Below, piece by piece: positions 35,491-43,190 of a stretch of 64,000 bases of DNA. The notes under the pieces are model-generated. The model worked only from the letters and a program-made list of their open reading frames with translations, did no database searches and was not told the DNA's origin. Origin of the DNA: Thermodesulfobacteriota bacterium. Its GTDB lineage: Bacteria > Desulfobacterota > Desulfobaccia > Desulfobaccales > 0-14-0-80-60-11. Numbering within the stretch: the first letter of the stretch is position 1; every line of letters starts with the position of its first letter. The position numbers and the translations under genes were made by a program. The stretch covers positions 15,806 through 79,805 of the forward strand of contig JBFLXM010000012.1 of the NCBI GenBank assembly GCA_040757175.1, given 5' to 3'.

Positions 35491-36345
35491 TCAGGACGGG
35501 AGCAAGGCCAGAGAGGCTCCCACCCCCAGCCCCAGGCGCCGGGCTGCGTGCTCCTGGTTGCCGGCGATCTCCAGATAGCCGTGGCTGCCGATCAGGGCCA
35601 GGAATTCTCCGGGAGCCGTGTCTTCATACGTGGAGGAGAGGCCGGAGATGGTGCGGGAGCCGATCCGGACTACGAGTTTGCGGTCCTGGAGCCAGGGCCG
35701 GAGTTCGGAAGCCGGGATGTTGCTCACCAGATTGCCGAAGTGATCCACATAAATAATCTGGCCGTGGATCATTCCGGACTCCCGGACCGGGGCCGGGAAG
35801 GGTAGGGGCAGGGGGTCGGTGATGGGGGGGCCGAAGCTTAAGAGGTCCACTCCCAGAGAGAGATGCGCGGCCACGGCTGCGAAGATGTCCCGGCCATGGA
35901 AGGTGGCCACGACTTGCGGTCTGAAATAGCCGGCCGCGGTCAGGGAGACGATGGTCAGGTCGGAGCTCCCGGCCCAGGCCCATTGAAAGAGGCCGTTGTC
36001 CGGCCCCACCCAATAGTGGCCCCGGGCGTAAGCCGCCAGGCCCCGGCGGCCCGGGCCCACCCCCGGGTCCACCACCACCAGGTGAATGGTGCCCGGAGGG
36101 AAATAGGGAGCCGCTTGGGCCAGAATGAAAGCCCCCCTTGGAATATCCTGGGCCGGGACCTCATGGGTCACATCCACCAGCACCGCCCGGGGGTTGAGAC
36201 CCAGGATCACCCCCTTCATGGCCGCCACCTAGGCGTCCCGGACCCCGAAATCGGTAAGCAGGGTGATGATGGGCCAACTGGACTTGGGAGTAGGGTCAGG
36301 GGCCCGGGATTTCTGACCCCGTACCCCGCCGTCCCTGGCCGCCAT
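35491..36345 (-). pseudogene. SAM hydroxide adenosyltransferase / chlorinase-fluorinase family gene interrupted by an in-frame TAG at 36229-36231
   Basis: From ATG 36345: ...WPIITLLTDFGVRDA*VAAMKGVIL... then HLVVVDPGVG, VGPDNG, TFHGRDIFA, YVDHFGNLVSNI, IGSHGYLEIA. The stop replaces the usual Tyr of TDFG..D.YV. Confidence 0.8.
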
Positions 36346-36348
36346 TCC

Positions 36349-36714
36349 TCAACTCTCCAGGATTTTCTTCACTTCCTCCCGGATGCGCTCCACGGGCAGG
36401 GCCCCGGCAAAGCGGCCCTGGCCGTTGATGTATACTAGGGGAGTGGGGTAGGCCAGGGAGCAAAGCAGGGGGGTCTGGGGCAACTGGGGGCCCCGGGGGT
36501 CTTTGAGGACGTTGATGTATTCCACCGCTACTTGGCCGGGGAAGGCAGCTTCCAGGGTCAAGGCCAGGGCCCGGGTCTGAAATTCCATATTGGCCGTGGC
36601 CAGGGGATCGGCCCCCTCCTGGTGGTGATGGCCGCCGCAGCCGCAGCCGCAGTCCCCGGCCCGGGCTTGGGGCGCGTCGTAAACCACCACCTGCACTTTT
36701 TCCGGAGAAGTCAT
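36349..36714 (-). CDS. Small Cys/His-rich protein, probable thioredoxin-like fold
   Basis: VVVYD..DCGCGCGGHHH..FPGQVAVEYINV..YPTPLVYING..G.LP pattern of thioredoxin-fold metal-binding proteins. Confidence 0.6.
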   Translation of the reverse strand: MTSPEKVQVVVYDAPQARAGDCGCGCGGHHHQEGADPLATANMEFQTRALALTLEAAFPGQVAVEYINVLKDPRGPQLPQTPLLCSLAYPTPLVYINGQGRFAGALPVERIREEVKKILES

Positions 36715-36924
36715 AAACCAGCCCCCGCCATCTTTGACCATATTATTATAAAGATAATGAGCCGTTAATTACCCTAAATTCTCGCGCCGAATCCCGGAGA
36801 ACCCAACCATTTTCCCCCAGGTCCGGATATAATAAATGCTCTGGCAGGAAAAGAGGGTGCGCTCCGGCCCCCGGATGCTTAGAGTATGAACATTCTCAGG
36901 TATTAAAGATCAGGAGTGGAAGAA

Positions 36925-37767
36925 ATGGAATCGGAAATTTTAAGGGCCATTGAATTGGCCATTTCCCATGAGAACGAGGCTCGCAAGAGCTACCTGGCCC
37001 TGGCCCAGGAGAGCGACGATCCGGAGTTGCAGCGGCTGCTGCGGGAGATCGCCGCGGAGGAGGCAGGCCATGAGGCCACTCTGCGCAGCCGCCTCCGCCT
37101 CTACGAAGAGAAGCATCTGCTCCGGGATACCATTTCCCGCTACGTCAGCCCCCAGATGTGCAGCGAGATTTTAAATAACCCCGGCCTGTTGCAACTGGGG
37201 GGGGAACGCCGCAAGGTCACTGTCCTTTTTGCGGACATCAAGGGGTTCACCGCGCTTTCCGAGAAAATGGAGCCGGAAAAGGTAGTGGAGGTTCTCAACA
37301 CCTTTTTCACGGAAATGGTGGAATTGGTCTTTCAGCATCAGGGGACTTTGGATAAGTTTTTGGGAGACGCATTAATGGTGGATTTCGGGGTGCCGGTGGA
37401 AATACCCCAGGCCTCGGCCCAGGCCGTGGCCTGCGCCCTGGCCATGCATCGCCGCCTCCAAGAGATGCGGGACCAGGGGCTCACCCCCATTCAAGGAATG
37501 CGCATCGGCATCAATACCGGCGAGGCCATCGTCGGCAATATCGGCTCCCAGAAACGCATGGATTTCACGGTGATCGGCGACGCGGTCAACGTGGCCGCCC
37601 GGCTGCAGGAGCTGACCAAGGAATTGGAGGCGGACACCCTGGTGAGCGAAGCCACCTTCCGGGAAGTGGAGGGGCAGTTCTCTTTTCAGACTGTACCGCC
37701 GGTGAGATTGAGGGGCCGGAAGGAGACCACCGCGGTCTACCGCTTAACGGCTAAAGAACAGGAATGA
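36925..37767 (+). CDS. Class III adenylate cyclase with N-terminal rubrerythrin/ferritin-like half-domain
   Basis: AIELAISHENEARKSYLALA..DPELQRLLREIAAEEAGHEATL (E..A..Y / EExxH), then LFADIKGFT, LDKFLGDALM, FTVIGDAVNVAARL. Shine-Dalgarno AGGAG before ATG 36925. Confidence 0.9.
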   Translation: MESEILRAIELAISHENEARKSYLALAQESDDPELQRLLREIAAEEAGHEATLRSRLRLYEEKHLLRDTISRYVSPQMCSEILNNPGLLQLGGERRKVTVLFADIKGFTALSEKMEPEKVVEVLNTFFTEMVELVFQHQGTLDKFLGDALMVDFGVPVEIPQASAQAVACALAMHRRLQEMRDQGLTPIQGMRIGINTGEAIVGNIGSQKRMDFTVIGDAVNVAARLQELTKELEADTLVSEATFREVEGQFSFQTVPPVRLRGRKETTAVYRLTAKEQE

Positions 37768-37816
37768 TGGGGGTTTCGGGATAGGGGGGAGAATAATAAA
37801 ATTTGTGAAAAATTTA

Positions 37817-37845
37817 TTGACAATATTTTAGATATAGAATAACCT
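37817..37845 (+). promoter_or_regulatory. Sigma-70-type promoter of sat
   Basis: TTGACA (37817-22), 17-bp spacer, TAACCT (37840-45). Confidence 0.6.
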
Positions 37846-37860
37846 GAGAATCTGAATGAC

Positions 37861-37878
37861 ATGTGAAATTTTTCACAT
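37861..37878. promoter_or_regulatory. Palindromic operator upstream of sat (Rex-box; also fits CRP TGTGA-N6-TCACA)
   Basis: ATGTGAAATTTTTCACAT with perfect 8-bp arms, just downstream of the predicted -10. An extra half-site TTGTGAA lies at 37803-37809. Confidence 0.8.
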
Positions 37879-37930
37879 TTCTCTCAATCCCTAGTCTTTA
37901 ATCAAACAAAAATCCCGAGGAGGAAGATAG

Positions 37931-39160
37931 ATGGCTTTAGTAAATCCGCTTGGAAAAGAAAAGAAATTAAAACCCTTGCTGCTTTCCGCGGCCGAGATAG
38001 CCGCAGAGAAAAAGCGGGCCAAGGAACTCACCGCAGTCACCATGTCCTCCCGGGAAACGGCCGATCTCATTATGATGGGCATCGGCGGTTTTACCCCCCT
38101 GGACGGCTTCATGGGCCAGGCCGACTGGAAGGGCTCCGTGGGCGACATGAAACTCACGGACGGCACCTTCTGGCCCATCCCCGTCACCCTGTCCGTCAAC
38201 AAAGGCAAGGCCGATTCCATCAAGATCGGCCAGGAAGTGCTCCTGGTGGACGAAGAGACGGAAGAGCAGATGGGGACCATGAAGGTCACCGAAAAGTACA
38301 CCATCGACAAAGCCTGGGAGTGCAAAGAGGTCTTCACCACCAACGACATGGAGCACCCCGGCGTGCGCATGGTTATGAACCAGGAGGAAGTCAACCTGGG
38401 CGGCGTGTGCAAGGTCTGGAGCGAAGGCCCCTTCCCGAAACAGTATCCCGGCCTCTACATGCGGCCCTGGGAAACCCGGCGCATGTTCGAGGAGAAGGGC
38501 TGGAACACTATTGCCGCCCTGCAGCTCCGGAACCCCATGCACCGCTCCCACGAGTACCTGGCCAAGATCGCCATCGAGGTCTGCGACGGCCTGCTCATCC
38601 ACCAGCTCCTGGGCAAACTGAAACCCGGCGACATCCCCGCGGAAGTGCGCACCGAGGCCATCAATACCCTCACCCAGCACTACTTCGTGAAGGACACCTG
38701 CATCCAGTCCGGTTATCCCCTGGATATGCGTTACGCCGGCCCCCGGGAAGCCTTGTTCCACGCGGTCTTCCGCCAGAACTTCGGCTGCTCCCACCTCATC
38801 GTCGGCCGTGACCACGCGGGCGTGGGCGAATACTACGGTCCCTTCGACGCCCAGAAGATCTTCACCCAGATCCCCAAGGACGCCTTGGAGCTGAAACCCC
38901 TGAACATCGACTGGACCTTCTTCTGCCATAAGTGCCGGGGCATGGCCTCCATGCGCACCTGCCCCCACGGCAAGGAAGATCGCCTGATGCTCTCCGGCAC
39001 CATGCTCCGGAAGATGCTCTCCGAGGGCGGGGAAGTCCCCGCGGACTTCAGCCGTCCCGAAGTGCTGGCGGTGCTACGCAAGTACTACGCCTCTCTCACC
39101 GAGAAGGTGGAGATCAAAGTCCACGGGTTCGCCACCGGCGACATCAAACCGAATAAGTAA
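37931..39160 (+). CDS. sat: Sulfate adenylyltransferase (dissimilatory)
   Basis: [57 protein letters not shown]. Confidence 0.98.
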   Translation: MALVNPLGKEKKLKPLLLSAAEIAAEKKRAKELTAVTMSSRETADLIMMGIGGFTPLDGFMGQADWKGSVGDMKLTDGTFWPIPVTLSVNKGKADSIKIGQEVLLVDEETEEQMGTMKVTEKYTIDKAWECKEVFTTNDMEHPGVRMVMNQEEVNLGGVCKVWSEGPFPKQYPGLYMRPWETRRMFEEKGWNTIAALQLRNPMHRSHEYLAKIAIEVCDGLLIHQLLGKLKPGDIPAEVRTEAINTLTQHYFVKDTCIQSGYPLDMRYAGPREALFHAVFRQNFGCSHLIVGRDHAGVGEYYGPFDAQKIFTQIPKDALELKPLNIDWTFFCHKCRGMASMRTCPHGKEDRLMLSGTMLRKMLSEGGEVPADFSRPEVLAVLRKYYASLTEKVEIKVHGFATGDIKPNK

Positions 39161-39256
39161 GGCGTCAAGCTGGGAGGAGGCGGAGGCTGTCCGGCTGCCT
39201 CCTCCCATGTAAAGTATAAAGTTAACCGCTTAACCCTAATGAGGAGGTTTTACGTT

Positions 39257-39679
39257 ATGCCGAGTTTCGTAATCGTGGAAAAATGTGACGGCTGCAAAGC
39301 CCTGGACAAGACCGCTTGCCAGTACATTTGTCCCAATGACCTGATGGTCCTGGAGCCCGAGCAGAAGAAGGCTTACAACCAGGAACCGGAACAGTGCTGG
39401 GAATGCTACAACTGCGTGAAGATCTGCCCCCAGCAGGCCATCGAAGTGCGGCACTACGCCGACATCATGCCCCTGGGCTCCAGCACCTTCCCCTTAAGGG
39501 GCACCGACTCCATCATGTGGACCATTAAGTTCCGGGATCAGAAGACCATGAAGCGGTTTAAGTTCCCCATCCGCACCACCGCGGAAGGTTCCATTGACTG
39601 CTTTAAGGGCAAAACCATGCCCACGGCGGATGATCTGAAGAAACCCGGTTTCTACACCGGCCCGGCCCGCACCGAGTAG
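39257..39679 (+). CDS. aprB: Adenylylsulfate reductase beta subunit
   Basis: MPSFV..EKCDGCKALDKTACQYICPNDLM..NQEPEQCWECYNCVKICPQQAI..FKFPIRTT. Confidence 0.98.
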   Translation: MPSFVIVEKCDGCKALDKTACQYICPNDLMVLEPEQKKAYNQEPEQCWECYNCVKICPQQAIEVRHYADIMPLGSSTFPLRGTDSIMWTIKFRDQKTMKRFKFPIRTTAEGSIDCFKGKTMPTADDLKKPGFYTGPARTE

Positions 39680-39716
39680 TCCAGCAGCAGCGAAAATTCA
39701 AGGAGGTTAATGAGAT

Positions 39717-41678
39717 ATGGCTCTGGAAAGAGAATTCTGTAAATGGTCTTTTTGCGCGAAACCGGCGGTAGAAACCATTGAGACCGACCTGCTGCTGGTG
39801 GGCGGTGGCATGGCTTGCACCGGCGCCGCGGTTGAGGCTATGGCTTATGCAAAAGGTCTTGGCTTAAAAGTAACCCTGGTGGACAAGGCTGCCCTGGACC
39901 GTTCCGGCGCCGTGGCCATGGGGCTGTCGGCCATCAACACCTACGTGGGCGCGGAAAATAAGGTTGCCGACTACGTGGGCATGGTGCGCACCGACCTCAT
40001 GGGCATCATCCGGGAAGATTTGGTCCACTCCCTGGGTTGCCATGTCGATCAGTCCGTGCATGATTTCCAGGATTGGGGCCTCCCCATCTGGCAGAAAGAC
40101 GCCGAAAACCACACCGTGGACGGCCAGGTCGCCCGGGACGAGGGCCTGCCCCTTCTGAAAGACGGCGGCAAATGCTGCCGTTCCGGTAGGTGGCAGTGCA
40201 TGATCAACGGTGAATCCTACAAGGTGATCGTGGCCGAAGCCGCCAAGAACGCCCTGGGGATGGAAAACATCCACGAACGCGTCTTCATCGTCAAGCTCTT
40301 GACCGACAAGAACAACAGCAACCGGGTCTGCGGCGCCGTGGGTTTCAGCGTCCGGGAACACAAGACCTACGTCTTCAAATGCAAAGCCATGATCGTGGCC
40401 TGCGGCGGCGTGGTCAACGTCTTCCGGCCCCGGTCCGTGGGTGAAGGCCAGGGCCGTGCCTGGTATCCCGTCTGGAATGCCGGCTCCACCTATGCCATGC
40501 CCGCCGAAATCGGCGCCAAGATGGTTCTCATGGAAAACCGCTTCGTCCCCGCCCGCTTTAAGGACGGTTACGGTCCGGTGGGTGCCTGGTTCCTGTTCTT
40601 CAAGGCCCAGGCCACCAACGCCTACGGCGAAGATTACATGGCCAAGAACTGGGATCAGGTCAAGAAAGAGTATCCCGGTTACGCCGATGCCCCCGGCACC
40701 TGCCTGCGGAACCATGCGGCCATGATGGAAATGCGGGCCGGCCGCGGCCCCATCATGATGCACACCGATAAGGCCATGCAGGCCCTGGCCCAGGTCCTCT
40801 CCAAGAAAGAGCTGAAGCATCTGGAAGCCGAAGCCTGGGAAGACTTCCTGGATATGTCCATCTCCGCCGCCTGTCTGTGGGCCTCCTTCAACATGGAGCC
40901 CGACAAGGTGCCGTCTGAGATCATCCCCTCCGAGCCCTATCTGCTCGGTTCCCATGCCGGCTGCGCCGGTCTGTGGGTCTCCGGTCCCTCCAAGAATTAC
41001 TTGGGCGCGCCCGATAGCTGGTTCTGGGGCTATGACCGCATGACCACCGTGGAAGGTCTGTTCACCGCGGGTGACGGTGTGGGCGCCTCCGGGCACAAGT
41101 TCTCCTCCGGGTCCCATGCCGAGGGCCGCATGGCCGCCAAGGGCGCCATCGCCTTCATCCTGGACCACAAGAACGACAAGCTGGAAGCCGCGCAGAACAT
41201 CGACGACGTCATCGCCGAGATCTACCTGCCCTTCGAGATCTACGAGAAGTATAAGGGCTACACCACTGCTTCGGAGATCAACCCCAACTACCTGATGCCC
41301 AAGCAGGTCCAGACCCGCCTGCAGAAGCTGATGGACGAGTACGTGGCCGGCGTCACCCCCATGTACCAGACCAACAAAATCATGCTGGAAGAAGGCCTGA
41401 AGCGCCTCACCCTGCTGAAGGAAGACGCCACCCGCTTGGCCGCCCGGGACCTGCACGAACTGATGCGGGCCTGGGAACAGTATCACCGCATCCTGGCCGG
41501 TGAGGCCCACCTGCGGCACATCCTCTTCCGGGAAGAGAGCCGTTACCCCGGTTACTACTACCGCGCCGACTTCCTGTCCATTGACGACAGCAAGTGGAGA
41601 GTCTTCACCATCTCGCAGTACGATATGAAGACCAACGAGTGGAAGTTTGAGACCGAGCCTTACAAGCAACTCTGCTAA
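39717..41678 (+). CDS. aprA: Adenylylsulfate reductase alpha subunit
   Basis: GGGMAC, RSGAVAMGLSAINTY, INGESYK, GRAWYPVWNAGSTY, ENRFVPARFKDGYGPVGAW, HKFSSGSHAEGR, EESRYPGYYYR. Confidence 0.98.
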   Translation: MALEREFCKWSFCAKPAVETIETDLLLVGGGMACTGAAVEAMAYAKGLGLKVTLVDKAALDRSGAVAMGLSAINTYVGAENKVADYVGMVRTDLMGIIREDLVHSLGCHVDQSVHDFQDWGLPIWQKDAENHTVDGQVARDEGLPLLKDGGKCCRSGRWQCMINGESYKVIVAEAAKNALGMENIHERVFIVKLLTDKNNSNRVCGAVGFSVREHKTYVFKCKAMIVACGGVVNVFRPRSVGEGQGRAWYPVWNAGSTYAMPAEIGAKMVLMENRFVPARFKDGYGPVGAWFLFFKAQATNAYGEDYMAKNWDQVKKEYPGYADAPGTCLRNHAAMMEMRAGRGPIMMHTDKAMQALAQVLSKKELKHLEAEAWEDFLDMSISAACLWASFNMEPDKVPSEIIPSEPYLLGSHAGCAGLWVSGPSKNYLGAPDSWFWGYDRMTTVEGLFTAGDGVGASGHKFSSGSHAEGRMAAKGAIAFILDHKNDKLEAAQNIDDVIAEIYLPFEIYEKYKGYTTASEINPNYLMPKQVQTRLQKLMDEYVAGVTPMYQTNKIMLEEGLKRLTLLKEDATRLAARDLHELMRAWEQYHRILAGEAHLRHILFREESRYPGYYYRADFLSIDDSKWRVFTISQYDMKTNEWKFETEPYKQLC

Positions 41679-41732
41679 CCTCTGAGCGTCTCCGGGGCTC
41701 CGGGTTTCCGGGGCCCCGGGCCGCCTTGTGCC

Positions 41733-41768
41733 TGGCCGTGGCCGCAAGCCAGCCACGGCCATTTTTTT
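41733..41768 (+). terminator. Intrinsic terminator after aprA
   Basis: TGGCCGTGGC-loop-GCCACGGCCA followed by TTTTTTT. Confidence 0.75.
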
Positions 41769-41816
41769 AGGGGGAGGTTATTAATCCACGGCCCCTGCCC
41801 AGAGAAGAAAATTAGC

Positions 41817-41845
41817 TTGCACATCTATTCACAATGTTATAGGGT
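41817..41845 (+). promoter_or_regulatory. Candidate qmoA promoter overlapped by a degenerate Rex-like site
   Basis: TTGCAC-N17-TAGGGT. TTGCACA-TCTA-TTCACAA (41817-41834) has a perfect right half-site. Confidence 0.45.
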
Positions 41846-41927
41846 AGCTGGTGAGCCCGATTTTAGGGCCTGGGCCGGATTATGGCCGACAGCCCTGGCT
41901 CGGGAAATGTCCTGAAGGAGGACTGGT

Positions 41928-43190
41928 GTGAACGCCGAAAATCGTAAGGTTCTGGTCATCGGGGGAGGCATAAGCGGCCTCACCGCTGCCCTGGAAGCAG
42001 CGGAAGCCGGGGCCCAGGTTATTATTACCGAAAAAGCTCCCTACCTGGGCGGCCGGGTGGCTCAACTCCACCGGTATTTCCCCAAACTCTGCCCGCCTAC
42101 CTGTGGGCTGGAAATCAACTTTCGCCGCATCAAAGAAAACCCCAATGTCGTTTTTTACACCATGGCGGAAGTAACCCAGATCAGCGGCGCAGCAGGCGAT
42201 TTTGAAGTCACCGTGAAGGTCAATCCCCGCTACGTCAATGACCGTTGCGTGGGTTGCAATGCCTGCACGGAGGCTTGTCCCGAATGGCGGGTAAATGACT
42301 TCAACTACGGTCTGGATAAGACCAAAGCGGCCTATATCCCCTTTGATATGGCCTTTCCCCAAAAGTACGTCATCGATGCCTCAGCCTGCACCGGCGACTG
42401 TGGGAAAAAGTGTCTGGAGGCCTGTAAGTACGAGGCCATCGACCTGAACATGAAGCCGGAAACCCTGAAGTTTAAGGTGGGCTCCATCATCATGGCCGGC
42501 GGCTGGGAACCCTACGACATCGCCAAGGCGGACAATCTGGGGTTCGGGAAGGTGGCCAACGTCATCACCAACATGCAGATGGAGCGCCTGGCGGCAGCCA
42601 ATGGTCCCACCGGCGGCCAGATCATCCGGCCTTCGGATCAGGCCCCGGCCAAAAAAGTGGCCTTTGTGCAGTGCGCCGGCTCCCGGGATGAAAACCATCT
42701 CCCCTATTGCTCCTACATCTGCTGCATGGCGTCCCTGAAGCAGGCCACATATCTCCGGGAGAAAGACCCGGAAACCGAAGCCTACATCTTTTATATCGAC
42801 ATCCGCTCCCCCGGCCGTTATGAGCAGTTTTTCTGGAAGGTGCGCGATGACGAGGGCGTCCATCTCATCCGGGGCAAAGTGGCCAAGGTGGAGCAGGAGC
42901 CCGGAACCGGCAACGTCATGATCGTGGCGGAAGACACCGCCACCGGCGACAAGGTCCGCATGACCTTCGACCTGGTGGTCCTGGCCGCAGGCATGGTGCC
43001 TTCCACCAAGGCCTCTCCCTTCCCTCTGCCGCTGTCTTATACCCCGGACGGCTTCATCATCCAGGAGCTCTTGCCCCCTGGAATTTTCGCGGTGGGTACG
43101 ATGAAGGGCCCCCTGGACGTGATGAAATCCAATGAGGACGCCACCGGGGCTGCGCTTAAGAGTCTCATCAGCGCGGGTGGGAGGTCATGA
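41928..43190 (+). CDS. qmoA: Quinone-interacting membrane oxidoreductase subunit A (HdrA-like)
   Basis: LVIGGGISGLTAALEAAE, YFPKLCPPTCGLE, FVQCAGSRDENHLPYCSYICC. Position after aprA. Confidence 0.95.
   Translation: MNAENRKVLVIGGGISGLTAALEAAEAGAQVIITEKAPYLGGRVAQLHRYFPKLCPPTCGLEINFRRIKENPNVVFYTMAEVTQISGAAGDFEVTVKVNPRYVNDRCVGCNACTEACPEWRVNDFNYGLDKTKAAYIPFDMAFPQKYVIDASACTGDCGKKCLEACKYEAIDLNMKPETLKFKVGSIIMAGGWEPYDIAKADNLGFGKVANVITNMQMERLAAANGPTGGQIIRPSDQAPAKKVAFVQCAGSRDENHLPYCSYICCMASLKQATYLREKDPETEAYIFYIDIRSPGRYEQFFWKVRDDEGVHLIRGKVAKVEQEPGTGNVMIVAEDTATGDKVRMTFDLVVLAAGMVPSTKASPFPLPLSYTPDGFIIQELLPPGIFAVGTMKGPLDVMKSNEDATGAALKSLISAGGRS

Noticed and set aside
39864-41762. 632-aa minus-strand ORF opposite aprA (likewise 37967-38968, 43778-45415, 15384-16733, 8106-9305, 61101-62756)
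   Set aside because: Antisense shadows of well-supported genes. High GC3 codon bias suppresses stops on the opposite strand, and the translations have no recognisable motifs.
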